DNA of 62,223 nt, filler included, from Choristocarpus tenellus KU-1152 (lineage: Eukaryota; Protista; Phaeophyceae), in the NCBI GenBank assembly GCA_964200185.2. It is 9 parts of 9 records of this genome, joined end to end, with 100 filler letters (N's around TTAATTAATTAA, not from the genome) between each part and the next. Parts side by side here need not be neighbours in the genome. Positions count along the whole stretch, not along the records: positions 49,131 to 55,050 come from CAXNAD020009411.1; positions 55,151 to 62,223 come from CAXNAD020006746.1; 7 more parts are not named here. One strand, 5' to 3'. The first letter of the stretch is position 1. Each line of letters opens with the position of its first letter. The notes beneath the pieces were generated by a model. The model searched no databases, was not told the origin of the DNA, and saw only the letters and a list, made by a program, of their open reading frames with translations. Both the position numbers and the translations under genes were made by a program. This document shows, one piece after another, positions 51,013 through 62,223 of the stretch.

Positions 51013-51271
51013 GAGTGGAAGTAGGATAGAGGGTATGAGTTTTGTCCTGTTTGTCCATTTGGGGCTTGGCTTCCCATGTTTTTTTTTAAGACATTTTCCT
51101 AGTCCAAAATGTTTCGAAGTAGGTAAATTCTATACGTTATGAAAAGGTGTGTCCAGGACATGGATATTGACACTTCCTAACAAATTCGAGGGCAAAAATT
51201 ACATCATAATCGCAACATTGAATTTCGACCCCCAAACGGACGCGGCTCTACCCTCTAAGATACTTTGACTC
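51013..51271 (-). mobile_element. MITE family A copy, TSD AAAA
   Basis: AAAA at 51009-51012 and 51272-51275. Full-length reverse copy. Confidence 0.9.
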
Positions 51272-52754
51272 AAAAGGGAAAGCACCGATCACACACACAC
51301 ATCATCGTAAAAAGATACTCTTCAATTGAACAATATGGCGTCTTTTTTGTCCTTTCTCAAGATCCTCAACCCTGCCAAACTCTCAGTTAGTTTGGATCTA
51401 CTGCCTACTGACCTTTCATGTATCACTGCTTCCTTGCTTTTGGGTTGATTATTGTTGTGTACGTACTCTGCTTATATGACGAGAAGTGTTTGGACTTGAT
51501 GAGCAGGTGTTACCCTGAACTTGTATTTTTCCTTTCTCTCGTAGAACCTGCTGATGACATTGACACTAATGACATCCTTTCCCACCTATTGATTATGCTA
51601 GTGCGTTATGCCTGGGTTTCTTGACCACCCTCTCTGCCTGAGTGCGTGTACTGTAGTACTAGTGCTCTGTATTCTTCAAGGAATGCGATACACTCTGATT
51701 CTTTATTTACCTTTCCACCACAGATTTTGGAACACCTCAAGCTAGTGTAAGATCGGAATGTAATAATGATAACAACAATGGTTACAATAATATGTATATA
51801 TGAGTGTGATAGTCACATGGGGGGTTGGTGTGATGACCACCTTCACTCCAAGGTGTACCTTGGAGCATGAAGGTGGCTATCGCATATATTGGCAATATAC
51901 CAGAAAATAGCAGAATATACACATGCCATGTTGACTAACATCCACACTTTTCCGGTGGTTTATTCACTGTGCAAAGGCCCATCATCCTTATTGTGGACTG
52001 CAGGCAGGAGTGCAACAATAACAGCGAGCGTGATAAGGATGGCGTTTCATCGCGTACCACCAACTACTACTACTATCTAGAAGAAATTGTAGTAACAATG
52101 TCGAACAAGGTACTTTGTTTGGATACTAGAGAAAGGATTGTATTGTATTCACGACAACAGAAACACTGCTTATCTTGTCTTTCTCTCCATTATCACAAAG
52201 AAATACATGTGATTGACACTGGAAACTACTACCACCAGTCCATGCATCAACTCATCCAAAATTATTCAAGAAAGCCTGTAACCCACCATAAATTTCAACA
52301 ATCAACATCACTGCATCAACTAAAAGTCGTGAAAAATAACATCTTTGTACAGATCCCAGGATTCTGCATGCCCATTCGTCATCCATGACCATGATTAGCA
52401 TGAGGTATGCGAAGAAGTACTACTCTTGGATCCAACTTGGATAGAATTGGGATACCCTCTCAAGACTTTCCTTTCCTGCCAGTTGACTACTTAAAGGGAA
52501 AAAAGAACACCAGGTCCTGTGCCATGCACACCAGGTTGGCACGTCCGTACGCACCCCAAACACACTCATCCTAACATTCACTGGGTCATTCCAAGGCATT
52601 CCCTCATCCGCCAGCCTCACACGACGACCATCAGAAAGTGTGTTCTTGGCAAATCTGTGTAAATCTGAGATCTGTTCGTTCACAATGATCGTCGAGGTTT
52701 CGATTACTATCCAATCCCATATAGGTGTCTTCAACACTTAGCAACCCTCCTCAA

Positions 52755-53105
52755 CATGATGCAGCACCACCTCTCTCCGCCATAGGTGATGTCGGTGGCG
52801 ACATAAGTGTCCTGCTCTCTTGTGACGCTGCAGAGACGCCTCTCTCTTTTACGGGTGATGTCGATGGCGAGATGAAAAAGTTGCGTTTTTGCGACATTGC
52901 AACACCTCCTCTCTCTGCCACAGGTGATGTTGGTGGTGAGATGAATATGTTGTGCTTTTGTGATGCCGTATCGCTGGCTCTCTTTGCCACACGTAATGTA
53001 GGTGGCGAGATGAATACTTTGCCCTTTTGTGACGCTGCTGCACCAGCGCTCTCTGCCGTGGGTGATGTTGGTCGTGAAATTAATATGTTGCTCTTTTGTA
53101 TTGCC
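52755..53105 (-). repeat. 69-bp tandem repeat x~5 (23-aa unit SQKxNxFISPPTSPVAERGGVAA) in a decayed coding region (~51950-53370)
   Basis: Unit starts at 52821, 52890, 52959, 53028, 53097 (period 69). Flanking minus-strand frames are protein-like but contain stops and frameshifts. Confidence 0.8.
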
Positions 53106-54139
53106 GGGTAAAGGAGGATCGAGAGAGATCAGGCTCACCTTGTGCAGGGATAATTTCAGGTCGAATTGTCCACGTACGTCTCTTTTTGCCAGGTAGTTCT
53201 TGGTTGGCACATTGGATACTGTGCTGGAAGGGAGTACTGGTAGTTTCCAGGATACAAGCAGGCTTAGACGCTTTCAGCGGAGGTGTCATTATTGGCAGGG
53301 ACGCATATGCCATGGTCAGTTCCACCTACGATCGGGACTCGACCTCCAAGTCTTCCCTCGTCACATCTGCCTGACGCTGGAAACGGTGCAAGCGAGGCTT
53401 AGAGCTACTCAAGGTAATTGTGAAGACAAAACACTGACAAAAGCACAGACCACACATGCATGCCATGGAATTAATTATCAGGATTCAACGAGGTAGACAA
53501 TTGCTTGGAATACAAAGGAAGATTTAACGAACGTATCAATGAAATACATAGTTTTAACATGTGGGAAGGAAGCAGTGGTTACGTGTTGGAGTAAATGAAC
53601 TCACTTTGGAGTAGTAGTACATATCGCATGAGATGAAAAACAATGGATGTGACCTTGAGAAATGCACTAATACCACCACAACTGCTAAGCCTCCCCCTGG
53701 AGGAAGAGAGGTAATGCGGTCGGGTTGTTGCTTCCATCATCAAAAACATGAACAGTAGGGATGTCTTTGGAGATTACCATTACTTCAGACTCGATATTTG
53801 AACCACTCTGGTGGAACAGAATTTTCCAACTATATCGAATATTCTGGTAAAACGTAGATGGACTGAGAGTACAATTTCTAGAATGCTAGAGGTTGGTAAA
53901 CCTAAAACCGTCCTTTCTCGTATGAATGGAAATATTTCTGATTTCACAAAATGTACTCTATTATGCCCCACACCATGCCACTCCTCTATGACAGGATCTC
54001 AAATATATCACATATATTTTCTTAAGATTCAAATACTCAACCCTGGAATACTTGAAGTTTTGTTATATCGTTGGGTTATAGTTATAAATATGACGGACGC
54101 CCATGAAGGACCACCATATGTCTCGATGAAGTTTCGATC

Positions 54140-54400
54140 CCATTCCCAACGTGTTGATGTTTAGGGAGTTTCTAGATGGAAAACGAAAGCAAGGTGGACA
54201 GGAAAACAACTACCGTGGATGTGGTTACGAGATTACCTTAAGGAATTTGAGATTGTGGTTGAGGAAAGGAGGTCAACGCCAATAATTTGATAAGAGAGTG
54301 TGTGGGTGATGGCACAACATTTCATCGGAGAGTGGCATTCCAGCCAAGGAACAGGGGGTGACAATGAGGTAGCCGTCCAAGCAACCAGATAGGACCACCA
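54140..54400 (+). mobile_element. RTE-type LINE 3' remnant
   Basis: PNVLMFREFLDGKRKQGGQENNYRGC...LKEFEI...AQHFIGEW resembles the C-terminus of RTE ORFs (PKxxMFGEL..G...GGQxK.W). Confidence 0.5.
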
Positions 54401-55851
54401 TCACTCACTGCGATGCCGTTCTGTCAGGAAGACAATGCTGATGCTTAATTTTTTTTATGTCTTTGTTGTTTTTGTTTTTTTCTTCCATTTATCTTTTTCC
54501 CATTCGCTTTTGTTTCCCTTGTGTATCATCCGATGAGCGATGTTTTCGCCCTTATTGGACCTGCTATGGTTTCATGGGTGTGGGTGCATTCATTCACCTG
54601 GGTTATCTTCGATACCCTCACCGACAGGCGTCGTACCGTCTTTCTCCTATTAATTTAATTTTTATTCTTTATCATGTATATGGTCCTTCTTCTCTCACTA
54701 AAATTGAGTAAATTTAAACACTTCCTCTTTGACCCTCTATTCTCCTTCCTCGTTCAATGCTCGCTAAATATTACCTCCCGCTCACCCCATTTCTTCCCAA
54801 GAAGTCCCAACCATTTCACCAAAGTTGCTTTTTTGTTCGCCTAATCAAAACATCATAACAAGGATTGCACGTTCTATTGGACTATTTTCGTCTGTGAAAG
54901 TTGTCCCATTTGAGGCTTCTCTAAGATTATTCACCCGCCCACTCTTTATGACATACATACCTTTCCATCAGAAAAAGACTCAAAGTATCTGGGAGGGGGG
55001 GGGGGGGGGCCCACACAAAAATGGGTCTCCTTTTGGAAGAAAACGGGGAANNNNNNNNNNNNNNNNNNNNNNNNNNNNNNNNNNNNNNNNNNNNTTAATT
55101 AATTAANNNNNNNNNNNNNNNNNNNNNNNNNNNNNNNNNNNNNNNNNNNNTGTTTGACCGAACCGGACGCCCCCTCCCAACCCCCCCCCCCCCCCCCAGA
55201 TACTTTGACCCCAGCCTACCAATTTTTCTAACCTGGCTTTTGCTGCCTTAATATAATCTCTAAAATGTTTCCAAGGCCCAATGGGCCTGGGGGATAATCA
55301 CCCCCATGATGCGTATCATGTTCTCAACAAGGCAGGTGTGAAAATCACCACCCATCACTTGACCTGGTTGTCCATAGAAAACCAAAATTTGGTCCAGTAG
55401 GAGATATTGCCCCTGGTGGTGCACAAAAAGGGGGGAGGGCTCAATGCAGATTCAAGGAAGAGCTCTTCAATCCTTCAGCAGAGGATGCACCCTTACATTA
55501 ATCTGTTCATCTGCCCCTGCTACACGAGAAGAGGGGGGTAGCTCAATGCAGACCCTCTTTTCGAGGAAAAGCTCCTAATTCCCACAGTAGAGGGGTCACC
55601 ATTAGATACACAAGCCGTTTGTTCAACTTAACATATATCCCCTGGCATTGATTGGCCGATTCCTGGCAAGAAAAAACATTGTTACAGTATAAATTGCACT
55701 AAATACACATTAGCTTCTACCGGGTAGGTACTAACACTGAAATATTTACATTCCTTGACAGAAATAGAAATAAACGATGAAGGTAGATATCAATCTCCAA
55801 CAAGCAATACTTACACAGTCCATTACATCAAACATACTCATCAAAAAAACC

Positions 55852-58800
55852 CTACAGGTCATCCTCATCAAGCAAGCTATCCAACAGATCATCGCCCTCC
55901 AATAACATAGATGTACCTCGCAAAAAAATGTTTCCCCCTTCTGACGGAGGAGCTGCATTTGCCCCCTGTCCATCCTTTTCAGAAAAAGTATCCCCAACTG
56001 AGGTCAAGTTTGACCGAGGCATGGCAACCACATCTAATCCTGTCCCAACGGTAGTTTCTGTTGTTGAAGCAGTTTCGCATTGTACCCTCACTGTTCCAGG
56101 TGATAGGACAGGAGCAGTTTTCTCAACATGTTGCACCCCAACTGCAACATCACCTGTAGCATTAAGGGTGGTGTTCTCTGCAGCACCTTGAGCATTGCTG
56201 CCCATAGAATCCACCACAGAAGAAGGTATTCCACCCATGCTGCCACCTGTTGTAGTCACCGGTTGCTGAGATATCATTGACAAAGTAGTGTGTACCACCT
56301 TGTCCGCTCCAACTCTGTCCAGACCTAGGTCTCTCCCTGCTGGAGCAACAGTTCCAGCATATAACAGGGGTCTGGAAGGTTCTAAGGAAAGAGTGGACTC
56401 AGAACCAACATTGCGAATCTGTTTCTGGCGATGCCGTATCAAATATTTCTCATCATCAGATGAAGACACATCACAGTCCAGATTCTCTAGGCTCCCCCAA
56501 ATAGAGGATGAGGGAGGGGGGCCCATATCCTCACCATCTACATCCGCATGTGATGGTGAACGACGTCCAAACCTTTCATGGGTCATTATAGGAGTGAATT
56601 GGTCTCGACTTAACATTGTGCATCCCACACTCCTACTATCTCCACACCCTTCTGAAACCTGTCTTGTTCCAGTGGAAAAATCTCTTCCTCTTCCTGTGTT
56701 GTCTGCAGGTGCCCTAGTTACCTCTGGAGGTCGTGTTTCGACCTCCAAATCCCTCCCCCCAACTCCATCCCCTACCGGTCTTGACACATGACTTTGTCCG
56801 TCCTCCACACCTTGCCCAAGCCTCAGCATTTTCTCCTCCACGGTCCTTTGCCATGTCTCTTGCCTCAACCCTTGACCTTGATTCAAACCTTGAACTTCAT
56901 CCTGTGGCTGTTGTGACTTATTACTCTGACCTTCCCTCTCCCTACTCCCGTGGTCTTGAGATCCACCTACCCCCAGTATACTTCCTACATGGCCTTGGGA
57001 CTGCCCCTGGTTCAGGTGTTGACGAGGGGTTCCACCTTGATCCCCGAACATCTGCGCACCATCCACTGTGGAGCTTGTGCTTGAAGAAAAATGTACCTCC
57101 TTCGTTGCTATACCATCCCTGTCACCTCTCCAGGGTGAAGGTTGCCCACTTGCTCTGAGACCCTGAGTGCAGGCAAGATCGCTTATCTTGGGTGCCACAG
57201 GTTTGAACATTGGATCTAAAGAGGTAGGTAGGAAAAGTAGGTGGGGCTGTTTATACAGTGGGTTTCATCAGTTGCTTGACATGCCTGCTTAGAATGCCTG
57301 CCCGGATGGTGTATGCGGCTACATATCTGAAACTAGTATAGTGTGGTGGTATTCTGTGGGCAAGTGATGGAATAGGGTCAGTGTTAAGGACATTGTAGAA
57401 GAAGTAGAATAGCAAGTCCGGACGTCACAGCATATCAAAAGCAAGCTACAGGAGTAATAGCATCAACAGTAGGCAATCACTTTTTCAATTTGAACCTTGG
57501 CCATTTTACCAGGTTATGAGTAGACCACCAACATAGTCCCAAGAATATATATATATATATCCTTTTGAGAATTCACACATGCAGTAGTGTAGTGATATTT
57601 CACGCCATTCACATATACAATGCCTCTAAATCAAACAACAGCCCGATATCCAACAAAACAAATTATTCTGATTCAGAACAGGCATGTCTTCGTCCAGTTT
57701 TGTACCACTAGAAACAATTCATTAACTCACAAACTAAACTGGCCACAACTCTTGTCCAAACCCATAGCCCCTACAACTCAAACTAAAACCTACCATTAAC
57801 CTTTACACTTCAATCAGTAAAGCCAAAAGGGTGTGAGATGTTCCTGGAAAACCCGGACTGGAAAGGCAGTACGGACGGTGAGGTCAGACCAGCGAAGCCC
57901 AACAAGGTTTTGCATAACCAGGATAGGTTTTCGTGATCAAGATTTACAACTACAATAGAGCGATCACAATTCCAGCAACAAAAACAAAAATCAGGCAATC
58001 AACAGGGGACACAACACTCTCGTGAGAGAGATTACATTAGACTCCCTTCGACACATAACTTTCTTAACAAAGAATATAGCCTTGCCTTACCTGGAGAATC
58101 TCCAGACCAGTCCCTTAGGGCTTCAAGTCGGGCAGCACTTGGGGGAGGAGTGTCCGCAGCAAAGATGGCAAGAATCGTGTCTGGGTGGATGTTCAAGGAG
58201 CGCTTGGTACCTGGCCCAGAAACCCATAGTGAGATCTAAGTACAAGCACAACATTGATGGGGAATGTGAATGACGACATTGTAATTGTGAGGCCTAAGGA
58301 AAGGGGTTGTAACCACTACCAACATACTCCAGAGTATGTATGTAGAATAGTACAGTACGAAATACAATACATTGAGAATTGACTCACAAGTGGAAAACAA
58401 AAAGGGACAGTCCAGACCTCAGTTTCAAGTGAAGTACCCCCCTCTCCTCTCCCCTACTTCTCAAGGGGAGAGGAGGATAACCAAACCTGTTCCAAGACAA
58501 AGATCTGAAATTATACACAAAATTTTACAAGCAGCAAAAATGTGTGCAAGCCATCACCGGCAAATAGGCTCTACCTTCCCCAAAATGCTCTAATCCTCAA
58601 CTCAACTTCTTACCCTAGCCCTAACCTCATCCCTAGCAACACTGCACTATATTATTGTCACCTTCCTCTCCAGGCTGGGTTAAGGTCAAGGGAAAGAATA
58701 TGAGGACATGAGGATATGAGAACACAAGGGTGGAGAGTAAAGCAAGTGTATTTATGGCACGCATCACAATATATGCCATGCATGGACAGCACGATAGATG

Positions 58801-61699
58801 GTGATCACAGGAGTACTCCTTCACATCCACATCCAAATGGGACATGCCATTCCTCTGTCAAAAGATTGCGCCACACACCAAACAGCTCCTCCTGACCACG
58901 CAGAATAAGGCACTTGTGTGTAAACACAAGTACTTATCCAAGATTCAACAGCAAGACAAAACCTAACCCAAACTCAAGAACGAAACTCAAATCAAAATCA
59001 AAACCCACATGCCCCAGCTGACTTATTTATCACCGTGCATACTACCAGAACAGTCTAGAGAATCATTTCCCTACCCCCCATGCCTGGCCCCAAGCCTTCC
59101 ATAACCCTATCACAATGACTATCACACGACAGAGCATCCCTGAATCATCAACATAACATTTCGTGAAAAAAGGGATTAAGAAAATCAGCCCCTTTCACCC
59201 CTTTTCCTACATAATCAAGGGGGAATTTTTATTATGGACATTTGTCTTGGCCATTTATGTGTAATAGATCTTTTCAGTGAGGACTAACCGACTAGGCAAC
59301 CATGTGAAAAGGTCTTGGACAGCAACTCAAAAAGATAATAAAAGTGTTTCCAGTAGCACCCTAGAGTGCTCTGGCTGAGTTTTCGTCTGGATACCTTTCT
59401 CAGCTAGATTGATTTATTTTCTTTACATATTTACTAAATTAAAAAGATATTTCTCCTGTATTTTGTACTTTCTAAAACATCGAATTAGTGCTTTTCTTCT
59501 ACCACCTGTTGACTACCGGTATGAGATCCTTCAGGCTAACATGATGATATTAACAATAGCAATAATAATAGCAATAACAACAATAATAACAATAGAAGTA
59601 GTAGCAGCAGTAGCAGTAGTGATTTCTGGCCATGTGTCATTCATAAATGGGCTGTTTCAAACTCCACCATAAGCCAAACAAGGACTGCCAAACACAGAAA
59701 ACAACAATACAATCTTCAGCAACAGTAACCAAGGCCTTGAAAAGAGAGCTTAAGGTTATTTGAACTAGGGATGAACACCAAATCACCCCCAGTAGATTAC
59801 CTCCTTTAGAACCAGCGCTGCCCCTGCAGTAAGGTCTGAACCATGATCCTCCAATGATAGTGGGTGAAAATATCCCTCCATACGCCCCGAGGGATCCTGC
59901 CAGATATGAATAACAAGGATTGACACGCTGGTGAAACAGGACTCAATTGTGCATGCATGTGAGTCTCCTCACAAGCATGCGCATGCACGTGCCCATCTAT
60001 GTCTGAGTATTGATGATAAACATAACCTCTCAAGCTGTCTGGTGATCAATTATATAAATTGTTAACACCCACCTAAATACTAAATACTGCAAAGAAATAT
60101 GTTACTCCGGGTATCAGTGTTAGGGTTATTTGCACCGTAGTGCCATATAGCAGTAATGTGATGTATTTCTGTTCATTAGTCACCATGCTGGCACCAACTC
60201 GCCAAGTTCAAAAAGGTTAACAGGCGACCTTCCACCTCTAGTTCATGTCCCCAACATATAGTGTCAGAGCATCCGTCTTACTGGTATACACTACATTATT
60301 GAATTTCTGTATGTCTTACATCACATACTAACACGAAAATATACATAGGCCAACACACAAATACAGTGCATACTGCCAAAGATATCAATTTGGCAGGAAA
60401 ATCATCCATAGCAACTTCTTCATTATCATCATCATCATCATCATCTTTGCATTACAACCACTGAATAACTGCTAGGTCAATACACTATCAACAACAAAAT
60501 ACTAACAGACCAATAAAGTCAGGGATGCCACGGCATGGCACTGAATAGTGCATTGGGGTCCTTAAAAAAAGGAAAACCCATCCCATATACAAGAGTACGT
60601 TTACAGCTTTCTGTACTGTGCAGTAGCATTTGTGGTCTCATCAACTCACCACCAATACAGCCACCAGATCACTGTCAGAGGGTTTCGAGACGGAATCGAT
60701 CACAGCAGTCACGGTTGGTACCCTCAGGTCAAAATCTCCAGCAAGCACACCAGCAATGGTTGTGCCAAATCCAATCAGGAACACCTGCAGTGCTGTTATG
60801 GATACCAGGAAGTGTTGTCCTGTCAATACGTGTAACTATGGTTGAAATTGTGCTCTGAAGTACTGTGTGATCTGGGGTCTGGTGATAGGGGGAAGTTAAA
60901 TTGTAGACACAGAATTACATGAACTTACAGAAAAAATGCTACCCAGCAAGGCATGCAAAGATTACTCCCAATGCACAATTAAGAACACTTGGAACTATAA
61001 TTGCGCTCCGCATAGACTGAAGGTTGGCAAAAGAGTCTGTGTGAAAGAGTGCTCAATCGGGATTTGAAAATCCCTCCCAAGCTCAGCAACAACGGAATTT
61101 AAATTGTAACAACACTAGAAAGACCCACCTTCAGCATTGGTGGCGCCCTCCTTGGGCAGCGGGGCATCCAGCAAATCGCACAACTTTAGCCATGGGCCCT
61201 TGGAGAAGTGACCTCCATCAAGCTCTTCTCCGTCACCTGCTGAGTTGTCCCCGCTGCGCCCACCATTGCCTATATCAGAGCCCTCACGGTCCCTAGCCAT
61301 CGTAAGAATGGGTTGTTCAGCAACACATAAACAGGAGGTCAACAGCATGGAAGGAGAACATCGGGATCCAATACGATGCTTGGTTCTAAGACGACCTCAC
61401 CTCACAGAAGTGGACTGGGAGATGGGAGCCTTTCCCCATGCCGAACCACCAACCCCTGTTTCAGAAGCGGAATTCAAGAATGCTAAGGGTCCAGGAAACC
61501 TTCGCCTCTTACGCAACCCCATCTCCTCGCCTACAGCGCCGTCCCAAGCATCTCGCTGTGATGGAGTTCCTGCGAGAGAGGCAAAAACTGCTTGACCACT
61601 GGGAAACCGTTCTCCTGGCTGAGAAGGTGTTAGGGGCGGTGCTTCGCCTTCTATGGGTCGAAAGTCATGGGCAAAACCTGAGCGGCGCCTGCAATCCAT
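55852..61699 (-). CDS. HROB: HROB/MCM8IP (C17orf53, DUF4539) homologous-recombination OB-fold protein, ~736 aa, 6 exons (61699-61401, 61292-61129, 60792-60650, 59896-59801, 58235-58091, 57215-55852)
   Basis: Phase-consistent joins, 2211 nt. RRFPGP motif, FSKGPWL, RVPTVTAVIDSV..DLVAVLVDPSGRMEGYFHP...DLTAGAALVLKEISLW....SLNIHPDTILAIF and acidic C-terminal DDLLDSLLDEDDL all match the HROB pattern. Confidence 0.85.
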
Positions 61700-62223
61700 C
61701 GAGGAGTATTGTGCTTCTAGTTCAACCTCCTGCCTATTGTGTGTTGTCAATATATACGATACACAAATTCAAACATTATCACTGAAACAACGTAACACTC
61801 AACATAATGTTGTACCTCTAAACGAGACGAAAATATACGTGACAAGAGGATGTAGGAGAAAAGGAGTAGTAGTCATGCGTTTTAAGCTAGAGTTACCAGG
61901 GAGATGGGCTCGGAGGGGTTTATTGGATTCTTGGGATGCCTCCCTAGCTCCACCTCCCGAGGCGCAGGAGTAGATAGATTGGAAGCACTGGAAGGCAGTA
62001 GTACAATATTGATAGTGGTGACATAACAAAAAGGTTAATGTTTTTCACATTTATGTGTTTTATAGTGTTTTGCATATTTATGATATTTTACCTCTTTAGG
62101 GCTTACACTGACATATGTATAGTGTTCATTTGTTTCCCCCCTGACATATCTACAAAATAACAGTGGATTCTAAAAAATGAGGATGGAGCGTACTATTGAG
62201 GATGGTTTTGACCGAAAATGGTG

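Noticed and set aside
52755-53105. CRISPR-like array
   Set aside because: Contiguous degenerate 69-bp units without unique spacers, eukaryotic context, no cas genes.
56288-57158. Plus-strand ORFs of 167 and 141 aa
   Set aside because: Antisense shadows of the HROB last exon.
1-62223. Matching sequence at the two window ends as TIRs of one giant element
   Set aside because: The ends lie on different contigs separated by eight artificial linkers, face outward, and a third copy exists at 48466.

Overview
Eukaryotic, intron-rich nuclear DNA, most likely a brown alga or close ochrophyte (inferred from an ASAFAP-like plastid-targeting peptide and recalled brown-algal protein and transposon families). 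The window is not contiguous. Eight identical 100-bp linkers (44 N + TTAATTAATTAA + 44 N) join nine contigs, so adjacency across a linker means nothing. Hand splicing at GT..AG junctions gives five apparently intact genes: msrA, a plastid-targeted protein of unknown function, a secreted GT4 glycosyltransferase, a small secreted CBM32/F5-8-like protein and an HROB (MCM8IP) homologue. It also gives several decayed genes: SAM-like+bZIP, a beta-propeller multi-pass membrane protein and a repeat-containing protein. Transposon content includes a Sola-like MITE family with 4-bp TSDs (one nested pair), an intron-containing Sola-like transposase remnant, a second MITE family sharing the TIR core, a mariner remnant, CRE-like and RTE-like LINE 3' ends, and a foldback element. 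CpG content is strongly mosaic, suggesting past or present CG methylation. No clear-cut novel system is demonstrable from sequence alone. The best leads are the Sola MITE/transposase set, the CpG mosaic and the unusual domain architectures. All gene models and family calls are by eye, with no database search.
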